DNA of 38,769 nucleotides. Source: a virus. Its lineage: Duplodnaviria > Caudoviricetes. The notes beneath the pieces were generated by a model. It saw nothing but the letters and a program-made list of their open reading frames with translations. It made no database searches and was not told where the DNA came from. The first letter of the stretch is position 1. Each line of letters begins with the position of its first letter. The stretch spans positions 1 through 38,769 of IMG/VR virus record IMGVR_UViG_3300036802_000314. The stretch is one strand, 5' to 3'. Shown here piece by piece: positions 8,955-17,109 of this stretch. Position numbers and translations under genes: made by a program.

Positions 8955-9287
8955 GTGAATAACATGAATTGGGATAAGTTTATCAAGGATCTCCGAGAGT
9001 CGAACGATTTGGCCAAAGCGGCAGCCGAAGCTATTCCAGACGGCGGAAGTGCAAATTTAGATTCAGTGTTCCTCTGTATTCCGCGCCAGTCTGAAAGAAA
9101 GGTGTTGGAAGCCATCCGAAAAGCCGGGCTCTATTGCCGTTCTAAACGGCGTTGGATTGGAGAGGGTTATATGATCAACCCGGACAGTGGAGGGCAAGCA
9201 GATAAGCGCTGCAAAGCTGTGACGGTCATGTATAAGGAATTGGCTGGGCGTGGTTGGGATGTTCTCACTTACCGTAAGGTAGATTAG
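8955..9287 (+). CDS. Hypothetical phage protein (DGGSANLD motif)
   Basis: 110-aa ORF with SD. Confidence 0.65.
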   Translation: MNNMNWDKFIKDLRESNDLAKAAAEAIPDGGSANLDSVFLCIPRQSERKVLEAIRKAGLYCRSKRRWIGEGYMINPDSGGQADKRCKAVTVMYKELAGRGWDVLTYRKVD

Positions 9288-9295
9288 GAGGAGCG

Positions 9296-9592
9296 ATGTT
9301 CTTCTTTTTTGATCCACCAGCTCCATCGGTTTCCAAAGACAAGTACCGTCCAGGCGTGGTTTGCCAGATCATTCGTAATGATATGCGACATGAAATCATG
9401 CCGGAGCTTTATCCGGACAAGATAGGCCGGGAAGTCATGATTACGGAATCGGCTACCGATCCAGTTGGCTGGGTATGGGGGTATGAGATTCAAATAGGCA
9501 GAAGGCCGACAAGTACTCAACCCTACCGGACAGACTGGCTTAAGCCTTTGAGCTCAAAGCAGGCGGCACTAGTCCTGCGGCTTGCGAAGTAG
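9296..9592 (+). CDS. Hypothetical protein, MFFFF N-terminus (2 of 3)
   Basis: AGGAGG SD; 98 aa. Confidence 0.7.
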   Translation: MFFFFDPPAPSVSKDKYRPGVVCQIIRNDMRHEIMPELYPDKIGREVMITESATDPVGWVWGYEIQIGRRPTSTQPYRTDWLKPLSSKQAALVLRLAK

Positions 9593-9604
9593 AGGAGGAG
9601 GCCA

Positions 9605-9766
9605 ATGTTCTTTTTCTTCCAAGAGGAGCGGCCACCATGTGAAATCATAGATTACAGAGTCATATATAACCGTTTGAAGGACAAGCCAGCGGGAAAATGG
9701 ACGCGGGAGCTTCATCAGTTCTCCGTCCTCTGCCTTTGGCGAGAAAATGATCCTAGGGAGGTATAA
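9605..9766 (+). CDS. 53-aa hypothetical protein, MFFFF N-terminus (3 of 3; not in the ORF track)
   Basis: GAGGAGG SD; MFFFFQEERPPCEIIDYRVIYNRLKDKPAGKWTRELHQFSVLCLWRENDPREV; fills the gap before yopX. Confidence 0.65.
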   Translation: MFFFFQEERPPCEIIDYRVIYNRLKDKPAGKWTRELHQFSVLCLWRENDPREV

Positions 9767-9771
9767 CCAGT

Positions 9772-10182
9772 ATGAGCAGATCTATTAAGTTTCGCGGTAA
9801 GTCGAAAGAAACAGGCCAATGGGTGTATGGAGGTCTGGTGCAGGTGAGCAGCGCCGGATCTCTGGCAATAGCCACTTTAGACAATAAAGGGCACCTTAAG
9901 CTGCATGAAATTATCAAGGGGACTGAGGGACAATACAGCGGCTTAAATGACCGGAACGACCACGAAATCTATGACACAGATATATGCAACGCCGAAGAAA
10001 TGCTATTTCCCCTTTCTGGTACTCGGACAGGGATCGTGAAGTATCATGATGGTTCGTTTCTGCTTGAAAATATGGATGGCAAGGACGGAGACTACCTGTT
10101 TAGTGAAACGGCTGAAACTACGGTCATAGGAAACATTCACGACAACCCGGAATTGCTCGGGGGAGAGGCGGCGAATGCATGA
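9772..10182 (+). CDS. YopX-family protein
   Basis: IKFRG..WVYG..GQYSGLNDRNDHEIYDTDI..VIGNIHDNPELL. Confidence 0.9.
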   Translation: MSRSIKFRGKSKETGQWVYGGLVQVSSAGSLAIATLDNKGHLKLHEIIKGTEGQYSGLNDRNDHEIYDTDICNAEEMLFPLSGTRTGIVKYHDGSFLLENMDGKDGDYLFSETAETTVIGNIHDNPELLGGEAANA

Positions 10183-10679
10183 CACCAGAACGGATAGAAG
10201 AGATCAAACCCTATTTCACGAATGAGCAATTAGATGAATTGAGTCGTGAGTATCGGACGATGCCTACAGATGGCGAAGGATATGCCATTGAACCGGAGTA
10301 CGAAGGGATGGTAGCACGTGGCTATATTGTAAAGCTAATATCTGATGTGAAAATCGCTCGGACTGCCCTAGAAGAGGCAGAGCGTAAGCATGGCGATACA
10401 GGTAATGCACTTGAAATAAAACGCATGCTTTTGGAAAAGGCAAATTACGAAGCTGGACGTCAACGAGTATTCAAGGAATCGGCAGAGAGGAAGCTGGCAG
10501 AGGCACAGCAGACCATAGCCCAGCAACAGGGAGCATTGGAATTCTACGCTTTAGAGGATAACAACAACTGGTGGATTGGCGGTCTGGATGAAGTAATGCC
10601 ATCAGAAGTGATGAAAGATGGCGGAGCTAAGGCACGTGCAGCCCGAGGAAATAAGGAAGGACCGGAACATCATGAATAA
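10179..10679 (+). CDS. Hypothetical coiled-coil phage protein
   Basis: ATGA-coupled; ALEFYA...DGGAKARA C-terminal motif. Confidence 0.7.
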   Translation: MTPERIEEIKPYFTNEQLDELSREYRTMPTDGEGYAIEPEYEGMVARGYIVKLISDVKIARTALEEAERKHGDTGNALEIKRMLLEKANYEAGRQRVFKESAERKLAEAQQTIAQQQGALEFYALEDNNNWWIGGLDEVMPSEVMKDGGAKARAARGNKEGPEHHE

Positions 10680-10869
10680 CTGGCATTTTGCAAATAAGGA
10701 CAAAGCAGCAGAACGGGCATCCGGTGGACAGGGAGAGATTAAGAGATCTCAGCTCACGCCGGAAGAGCTAGAAGAGATCCGGCAGAAGTACCCGACTCCT
10801 ATTGGAGCAAAGAAGCCGGTACCCATATTTGAATATAACAGGAGCGGGAGGGCTAAAAGTGAAGGTTAA
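10672..10869 (+). CDS. Hypothetical protein
   Basis: MNNWHFA..QLTPEELEEIRQKYP; overlaps neighbours. Confidence 0.6.
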   Translation: MNNWHFANKDKAAERASGGQGEIKRSQLTPEELEEIRQKYPTPIGAKKPVPIFEYNRSGRAKSEG

Positions 10870-11194
10870 GGAAGTCCAGGCTGCATTAAAGTCGGGTAAG
10901 CGATTTTTCAAAGATTGGAAGCTTAAAGATCCGGTTGAAGTGATAGCCTGGGGAAATGCATGGGTCAGATATAAATCGCCTATCATGACCCATTGGATAT
11001 CAACCAACATACGGACGTTTGCTATGGGCATAGATGGAGTATATAAGCAAGAAGGGGAGTGTTCTTCTGGGGGCGGTGGTACAAATGGAATTATATCCAA
11101 GGGTGACGGTTGCGGAGAAGGATACGGCAAGAGAGAAGCTGGAAGAGTACCCCGAAATGGTCCGAAAAATAAGAGTCTACGGAAACAAGAATAG
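10859..11194 (+). CDS. Hypothetical protein
   Basis: GGGAGG SD with GTG start; 3' end overlaps the next gene by ~110 bp. Confidence 0.45.
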   Translation: MKVKEVQAALKSGKRFFKDWKLKDPVEVIAWGNAWVRYKSPIMTHWISTNIRTFAMGIDGVYKQEGECSSGGGGTNGIISKGDGCGEGYGKREAGRVPRNGPKNKSLRKQE

Positions 11195-11444
11195 TTTGAC
11201 GGTGCTAGAAGCCAAAGAGCTGGAAGATTGCAGATGGAAGGTCAGAGAGATTGATGCTGCATTTGAACTTATCTTAGATGATGAGGTAGCGGCTATCATT
11301 AAGCACCGGTATGTAAATGCCCGTAAACATAAGCTGACCATTCTGAGATATACAGCGAGTAGCAGCAAGGCAACCATAAATAGGCGAATTGATGTTGGAG
11401 TGGAGACTATTGCCGAGCACTTGAAGCTGGCCGGAATCATTTGA
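11085..11444 (+). CDS. ArpU/RinA-like late transcriptional activator
   Basis: IDAAFELILDDEVAAIIKHRYV..SKATINRRIDVGVETIAEHL sigma-region-4-like HTH; located at the end of the early region. Confidence 0.75.
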   Translation: MELYPRVTVAEKDTAREKLEEYPEMVRKIRVYGNKNSLTVLEAKELEDCRWKVREIDAAFELILDDEVAAIIKHRYVNARKHKLTILRYTASSSKATINRRIDVGVETIAEHLKLAGII

Positions 11445-11492
11445 AATTCTGTGTGTAGTTGACGCATATAGCGAAGGAAGGAGAAAGGATAA

Positions 11493-11666
11493 GTGGAAAC
11501 CAAAGAACCGTTGATTTGTGGCTTTTGTGAGAAGGAAATAAAGAAAACAAAGGGTAAAACGATATTCTATAGCAACTACTTGACAGAGTATTTTTGCGAC
11601 CTTAACTGCTTGGATAGTAGATACTCTGACTACATGGGTACAGACCACATTCATATTACTGAATAG
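11493..11666 (+). CDS. 57-aa zinc-finger protein (TRASH/MYM-like CxxC...FCxxxC; not in the ORF track)
   Basis: GTG start after AAGGA; METKEPLICGFCEKEI...EYFCDLNCLDS. Confidence 0.6.
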   Translation: METKEPLICGFCEKEIKKTKGKTIFYSNYLTEYFCDLNCLDSRYSDYMGTDHIHITE

Positions 11667-11700
11667 TACGAAGACATGGTGCAGGAAGGGATATGAACCT

Positions 11701-11811
11701 ATGCGTAAATTAATCTGCAAATTGCTAGGACATAAGATCGTCAACAAGAAAGGTCACTGGTACAGCTATTGTCTGCGCTGCGGTAAGGATAAGGTGTGGG
11801 GTCATGATTGA
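11701..11811 (+). CDS. 36-aa DUF1660-like prophage protein (not in the ORF track)
   Basis: MRKLICKLLGHK...YCLRCGK pattern. Confidence 0.65.
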   Translation: MRKLICKLLGHKIVNKKGHWYSYCLRCGKDKVWGHD

Positions 11812-11827
11812 ACATGCTGCGAAATTC

Positions 11828-11871
11828 TGAGACTAAATTGAGACTAAGTTGAGACTAAAATGAGACAAGAA
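11828..11871 (+). promoter_or_regulatory. Four 11-bp tandem repeats TGAGACWARDW; probable late-activator binding site
   Basis: TGAGACTAAAT TGAGACTAAGT TGAGACTAAAA TGAGACAAGAA, downstream of the ArpU-like gene and upstream of the packaging genes. Confidence 0.7.
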
Positions 11872-12263
11872 TGGATTTACAGTAGGGACATAGGACGGAA
11901 CAACGTCCGGGTGTCCCTGCTGCCCCTTATCGCTGGCAGGACTCGTCAGAGCTGAATCAGTGATGATGCCCGTTGCAATAGCAGCAGATACCATAGGGGC
12001 GGAACTGTAAGCACAAGTAGCCAGTAGCAGTTATAGCGGCGGCCTGATGCGGGGGAAGAGAGTTTAATATCACTCTCGACGCGCTCCGCCCGGGCGCGTT
12101 ATGAGCATAGGGGATATGTTACGGCGAATACCGGACGTCACCATGCAAATACGGGCATTACATTATGAATTGAGTAAGGCGCTGCAAAGAGAGTAACAAT
12201 CCACCCAAGCCGTGTGAGAGTCGCGGTTAGCAGCCCTTTACTGAGTGCATAATGCTCAGGGAT

Positions 12264-12285
12264 AATCCCAAGCGTTTGGTAATTT
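12264..12285. repeat. Dispersed palindrome copy 2
   Basis: AATCCCAAGCGTTTGGTAATTT. Confidence 0.75.
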
Positions 12286-12298
12286 AATATGCAGGAGC

Positions 12299-12323
12299 GG
12301 GTCGCTGAAAAGCGGCTCTTTTT
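12299..12323 (+). terminator. Intrinsic terminator
   Basis: GGGTCGCT-GAAA-AGCGGCTC-TTTTT. Confidence 0.75.
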
Positions 12324-12343
12324 ATTGTCATCAATAAGAAAGG

Positions 12344-12715
12344 GTGATTCTGGTGGAGATAGCTGCAGAGCTTAAAGATCTTGAAATGACCTGTGAAGAA
12401 GTTGCGATCACTCTCGCAAGACCGTATAGGCTAAACAAGAAGGAGCAGCGCTTGCTCGCTTATCTTCTGGATGATAGCAAAAGCAAGAACATCGGAGATA
12501 TTTGTAGGGCGCTTAAGACCACAGCCTGGACGCTGCTCAGTAAGACAAAGCCTGAGCTTGAGAGGAAGATTGATGCAGTTGGTAGTGAAGCATGGAAACG
12601 TGATCTGGAGGCGGCTCTTCAATCCAGTTCAGTGTCTAAGCATGAAGTGAGTCAATGGGTACAGATGTTTTCGAAAGAAGAAAACAATTGCGCGAAAGGT
12701 GGGCGGAAACCATAG
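12344..12715 (+). CDS. Hypothetical protein with possible HTH
   Basis: LNKKEQRLLAYL..NIGDICRALKTT; precedes cos. Confidence 0.6.
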   Translation: MILVEIAAELKDLEMTCEEVAITLARPYRLNKKEQRLLAYLLDDSKSKNIGDICRALKTTAWTLLSKTKPELERKIDAVGSEAWKRDLEAALQSSSVSKHEVSQWVQMFSKEENNCAKGGRKP

Positions 12716-12948
12716 CAACGGTTAATCACAAGGAGTTCGAATTAACCATTGTGAAAACAGCATCGGTTGGTTGCACGGAACTTTCTTATCCTATGAAAGT
12801 CCATGGTGAGCATAACCTTGATGCGTGGGTCTATCAGATGCATCGGGATGCAGTCATGCGTGAAGCCTTTTCTGTCTTCAGAATCCCTGAGGAACTACTC
12901 AAAATCAAGCAAAACTATCCTTTTGGGTCCTTCCCGGGGCGGGGGTAG
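12655..12948 (+). CDS. Possible small hypothetical protein running into cos
   Basis: ORF fills the gap; start uncertain. Confidence 0.3.
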   Translation: MGTDVFERRKQLRERWAETIATVNHKEFELTIVKTASVGCTELSYPMKVHGEHNLDAWVYQMHRDAVMREAFSVFRIPEELLKIKQNYPFGSFPGRG

Positions 12949-13134
12949 GGTGCGGGTGCGTGTGAGCCCGATCTTTGACTATTTTTTATTGAAAAAAATC
13001 ACTGTGCACTGTGCATCTTGAGGGGGTGTTTTTGGCTTGGATTCCATAGTAAAAATGATTGATAAAACCTTATGTATCAGCGCATCGTACACATCTGAAC
13101 TGTTTGGGGTCCACCGGAACACACTTGCACAGTG
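12925..13134 (+). other. Lambda-like cos site (cosQ, cosN and candidate cosB repeats)
   Basis: GGGTCCT at 12925 matches lambda cosQ; CGGG-N10-CCCG dyad at 12953-12970; CACTGTGCA at 13000 and 13007, inverted at 13126. Confidence 0.65.
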
Positions 13135-13570
13135 GGTCAAGTTGGGAATGCCTAAAGCTGCCAATGGTTGGTACCCTCTAAAAGAGTGTTTTGATTGGGT
13201 GCAGAACTATCGCGGAACCTCAGATTCCGAGGATGAAGATGAAACCACACCAAAGACGACAGCGGGGAAGAAGCTTCACTATGAAGCCAAATTAAAGGAG
13301 CAGCAAGCGGAAGCGGCAGAGCTGAAGAATGCTATTTCCAAGGGTGAATATATCCCTCGGGAAGAAGTTGTCAGTGAACTTCAACGTTTCTTTACAACGT
13401 TGAAGCGATCTATGACTGGCTACAGCCGCCGGATTGCAATGGAGATTGCACCATTCGTTGATCCGGATCAGGTGCGCGTCATTGAACAAAGCATCAATGA
13501 CACGACAAATGCAGTCCTTCTGCAAATGTCCGTCAGGGGTGTTTACAGTGCCAGAAAAGGCAAAAAGTAA
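13037..13570 (+). CDS. terS: Terminase small subunit (Nu1-like)
   Basis: ELFGVHRNTLAQWVKLGMP..YPLKECFDW winged HTH, then coiled coil and GEYIP. Confidence 0.88.
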   Translation: MDSIVKMIDKTLCISASYTSELFGVHRNTLAQWVKLGMPKAANGWYPLKECFDWVQNYRGTSDSEDEDETTPKTTAGKKLHYEAKLKEQQAEAAELKNAISKGEYIPREEVVSELQRFFTTLKRSMTGYSRRIAMEIAPFVDPDQVRVIEQSINDTTNAVLLQMSVRGVYSARKGKK

Positions 13571-15368
13571 ATGGCCGGATTGGCTGGCATCAGCCTTCCA
13601 GGTTCTTCGACCACCTGAAAAGTTAACAGTTTCTGAATGGGCTGATCGGTACAGAGTTTTAGACAGCAAAAGTGCTGCTGAACCGGGGCAATGGTCCACT
13701 GATCGGACACCATATCTTCGCGGAATCATGGATTCTTTTACAGATCCTCGCGTGGAGGAAATTATTTTTCTTAAACCTACGCAGGTCGGAGGGACTGAAT
13801 GCCTAAATAACATGTTGGGTTACGTGGTTGCTCAGGACCCTAACCCGGCCCTTGTCGTTTATCCGCATATTGAATTAGCCAAATTCACATCAGAGAATAG
13901 GCTGCAGCCAATGATGGAGCTGAGTCCGGCCCTGCAGGAAAGATTCCACAGCAATCAGAGTAAGGATCTGGAGTTGCAGTTTGATGGGATGTACGCCGTT
14001 ATCGCTGGGGCGAACAGCCCTGCATCCCTTTCCAGTAGGCCAATTCGGTTTTTATTCATGGATGAGGTGGATAAGTACCCGCGAACTTCAGGTAAAGAAG
14101 CTGATCCGAGATCGCTTGCTCGCGAGCGGACGAAGACCTTCCCCTTCAATAAAAAAATCATGCAGACCTCGACGCCAACATTGCGCAATGGTCCGATCTG
14201 GCAAGCTTGGGAAGGTGCAGACGTCAAGCTTCAATACTACGTCCCCTGTCCGCACTGCGGTCAGTTTCACACGTTCAAGTTCAAGCAAATTAGGTTTGAC
14301 AAGGCGCTTGAACCGGAGGATATCAAGGCTACCGCCTATTATGAATGTGAAAGCTGTAATGGGATTATACGTGATGCACACAAGCCAACCATGTTGCGTG
14401 CTGGCGAATGGCGAACACCGGAAGGTTCTACCATAAGAAAGCGAAAAACTGGATTTTGGATGAATGCAATATATAGCCCATGGGTTAGATTCGGAGACGT
14501 TGCTTCTGAATTCATTACATCCAAACGAGTTCCTGAAGAGCTGATGAACTTTATTAATAGCTGGCTGGCGGAGCCTTGGGAAAACACTCAAATCAAACTG
14601 AATAGCGATAAGGTGCTGGACAAAACTAGCGGATATGACGAAGGGATTGTTCCAGACAGGACTATTTTGCTGACCGGAGGTGTGGATGTTCAAAAGGATC
14701 GTTTTTATTATTCGATCCGTGCTTGGGGTGAGGGCATGACGAGTCACAATATCCGACATGGTGTCGTTGAAACATGGCCACAAGTCGAGGACGTGATGAA
14801 CATTTCTTACTGCAGCCGGGACGGAACGGAGTATTTCGTTAACCTTTGTGCGGTTGACTCGGGTTATAACGCCGATGACACCTATGATTTTTGTGTAAAA
14901 AATAGCGAATGGGCCGTTTCTATCAAGGGTTCAAACAATCCATTGCCAGCAAAGTACAAGCTGACAAAGATTGACCGGGAGGAAAAGGGGATGTATGGAA
15001 TATCCCTGTACCTGGTGGATGGCGGATATTATAAAGATTTCATTTCGAATCGTTTGGTCCGCAAGCCAGATGAAACTGGTGGGTGGTTTGTATATGAAGA
15101 TTGTGATTTGGAATATGCGGAGCAAGTCACCGCTGAGGAAAAGGTCAAGGAGAAGCGGGGGCGTGTTGAAGTAGAGGTGTGGCGCCCGAAAACAGCCCAT
15201 GCCGATAACCACTATCTTGACTGCGAAGTGTACGCTGCTTTTGCTGCTGATTGTTTGGGTATCAGGTATATGCGGTATGAAGAGCCGGAAGAAGCGCCCA
15301 AGCCTCAGACAGAGAAGCCGACAGAGAGTAAAAAGTCTTGGCTACAAGGGGGTGATTCGTGGTTATGA
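13548..15368 (+). CDS. terL: Terminase large subunit (lambda gpA family)
   Basis: TVSEWAD, KPTQVGGTE, DEVDKY, STPT, CPHC, GVDVQ, NHYLDC; probable GTG start at 13548. Confidence 0.95.
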   Translation: MPEKAKSKWPDWLASAFQVLRPPEKLTVSEWADRYRVLDSKSAAEPGQWSTDRTPYLRGIMDSFTDPRVEEIIFLKPTQVGGTECLNNMLGYVVAQDPNPALVVYPHIELAKFTSENRLQPMMELSPALQERFHSNQSKDLELQFDGMYAVIAGANSPASLSSRPIRFLFMDEVDKYPRTSGKEADPRSLARERTKTFPFNKKIMQTSTPTLRNGPIWQAWEGADVKLQYYVPCPHCGQFHTFKFKQIRFDKALEPEDIKATAYYECESCNGIIRDAHKPTMLRAGEWRTPEGSTIRKRKTGFWMNAIYSPWVRFGDVASEFITSKRVPEELMNFINSWLAEPWENTQIKLNSDKVLDKTSGYDEGIVPDRTILLTGGVDVQKDRFYYSIRAWGEGMTSHNIRHGVVETWPQVEDVMNISYCSRDGTEYFVNLCAVDSGYNADDTYDFCVKNSEWAVSIKGSNNPLPAKYKLTKIDREEKGMYGISLYLVDGGYYKDFISNRLVRKPDETGGWFVYEDCDLEYAEQVTAEEKVKEKRGRVEVEVWRPKTAHADNHYLDCEVYAAFAADCLGIRYMRYEEPEEAPKPQTEKPTESKKSWLQGGDSWL

Positions 15369-15592
15369 CGGAAGAAGAACGTTTAGCTTTACTCCGTGAA
15401 CAGCTGGTAGAAGTGCGAAAGGCAATCAGCGCTATACTCGGTGGTGCACAGGAATATCGTATTGGCACCCGCAGTATTAAGCGGCCGGATCTTGGGCTGC
15501 TTTATGAAGAGCAGACAAGGCTAGAAAAGGAAATTAGCGCCATTGAAGGCGGCGGCGGTATTTTCCGTGTCGCTTATTTTGAAGGGAGGTGA
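15359..15592 (+). CDS. Head-tail joining protein (gpW-like)
   Basis: GAQEYRIGTRSIKRPDL; between terL and portal. Confidence 0.75.
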   Translation: MVMTEEERLALLREQLVEVRKAISAILGGAQEYRIGTRSIKRPDLGLLYEEQTRLEKEISAIEGGGGIFRVAYFEGR

Positions 15593-17109
15593 ACAAACTG
15601 AACTGGTTAGACCGATCTATTGCGACGGTAAGCCCGCGGTGGGCCTATAAGCGTTTGGCTTGGCGTAATGGGATGAGCGTATTTGATGCAGGGGGTCGCG
15701 GGCGGCTCAATCAAGGCTGGAATCCTTCGGCGTCACCGAACGAGCAGCAGAAGCGGGGAGAACGTGCTTTAATCCGCGCAAGAGCACAGGATTTAGAACA
15801 CAATAGCGATATTGCCGGGGGAATTCTGCAGGCGTTTCAGCGTAATGTGACCGGGACCGGGATCATGCTGCAGGCTAAAGTCCCTCATACTGTTTTGGGG
15901 AACACTCAAGGCGAGATCAATCGGAACATTGAAGATCTTTGGAAGGAATATTGTAAGGCGGAAAACATTGATATCACAGGGACTCAATCGCTGGAAGAGA
16001 TGGCCGATATGATAATTCGGCGCTTTTATGTTGATGGCGGAATCTGTATCGTCAAAGTTTATGTCAAGGACAGTGAGTATCCATTTAAATTGCAAATCCG
16101 ATCGGTTGACGAGCTGAATTCATTAGTTCAACCAAGTGAGGGTAAACGAATTGTAGAGGGAATTGAGCTAGACGACTACAATCGTCCAGTAGCTTATCAC
16201 TTCAAAAAGGTATCGGATGGCTATTTTATGAACCCAGCAGAAACGGTTCGTATTCCGGCCAAGGATGTAATTTTTCTTTTCGAGAAGACCGATCCGCGGC
16301 AAGTGAGGGAAATATCCAAGCTCGTTACAGCATTACCGCGGATCAAGGATGCTAATCAATTTATTGAAGCGGTATCTATTAAAGAGCGTGTGCTTGCCTG
16401 CATGTCCGTATTTATTAAGAAGAGTACACCGCAGAGCGGCTTGGGTCGTGGTGTTCGGAGCGGAGGCGGACAAGAGATTGATTACAGTGGAGTGTCGCTT
16501 TCTCCTGGAATGATTGGAGAGCTGAATCCAGGTGACGAGGTACAGACGGTCATACCAACAGGTCAAGCATCCAATACCAAGGAATTTATTACGACGCTGG
16601 TCCGCATGATTGCCGCCGGTCTTGGATTAAGTTATGAATCGGTGTCGAGGGATTTGTCACAAGTTAATTATTCTTCAGCCCGGCAGGGACTGATTGAAGA
16701 TCGTAAGCTGTATAAAAAGTTGCAGAAAATGATTATTGATCGTGTGCTGCGGCCTGTATATTTGGAGTTTTTGGAGTCCATGTACCTGAAAGGGAAGGTT
16801 GATCTACCGGGATATACCAAGGACAAGAGCATCTACACCGCTCATGTTTGGGTTCCGCCGGGCAGCACCTGGATTGATCCCAAAAAGGAAGCGGACGCCA
16901 ATAAGACGGCGCTTGACTCTAACCAGGATACGCTTGCCCGTATTTGTGCGGAGCGGGGTGAGGATTGGCGGGATGTGGTGGTACAGCGTGCCGCAGAGAT
17001 TAATCTTATTAATGAGCTGATCGGGGAACGGTCAGGAAAGGAGGAACAACCTAATGAGAAAGAGAGTCCGGACGACGATGAAGAAGAGTCTTCCGACGAC
17101 GCTGCATAG
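15589..17109 (+). CDS. Portal protein, lambda family
   Basis: IRARAQDLEHN, GIELDDYNRPVAYH, DLSQVNYSSAR, WIDPKKE. Confidence 0.95.
   Translation: MNKLNWLDRSIATVSPRWAYKRLAWRNGMSVFDAGGRGRLNQGWNPSASPNEQQKRGERALIRARAQDLEHNSDIAGGILQAFQRNVTGTGIMLQAKVPHTVLGNTQGEINRNIEDLWKEYCKAENIDITGTQSLEEMADMIIRRFYVDGGICIVKVYVKDSEYPFKLQIRSVDELNSLVQPSEGKRIVEGIELDDYNRPVAYHFKKVSDGYFMNPAETVRIPAKDVIFLFEKTDPRQVREISKLVTALPRIKDANQFIEAVSIKERVLACMSVFIKKSTPQSGLGRGVRSGGGQEIDYSGVSLSPGMIGELNPGDEVQTVIPTGQASNTKEFITTLVRMIAAGLGLSYESVSRDLSQVNYSSARQGLIEDRKLYKKLQKMIIDRVLRPVYLEFLESMYLKGKVDLPGYTKDKSIYTAHVWVPPGSTWIDPKKEADANKTALDSNQDTLARICAERGEDWRDVVVQRAAEINLINELIGERSGKEEQPNEKESPDDDEEESSDDAA

Larger units (their letters stand above)
11875..12323 (+). 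ncRNA. Candidate large structured ncRNA or leader RNA of unknown class
   Basis: No ORF >=60 aa in any frame; at least 9 helices found by eye, including long-range and pseudoknot pairings; ends at an intrinsic terminator. Confidence 0.6.

Noticed and set aside
11828-11871. CRISPR-like mini-array
   Set aside because: Tandem 11-bp units with no spacers, and no cas genes
11941-11960. ACTCGTCAGAGC resembles the start of a pistol ribozyme
   Set aside because: No complementary CGAGT to close P1 and no downstream pseudoknot partner
11875-12323. tRNA, tmRNA, SRP, RNase P or hammerhead identity for the structured region
   Set aside because: No GTTC(G/A)A T-loop/CCA end, no SRP or RNase P signature, and CTGATGC lacks the hammerhead CTGANGA..GAAA core
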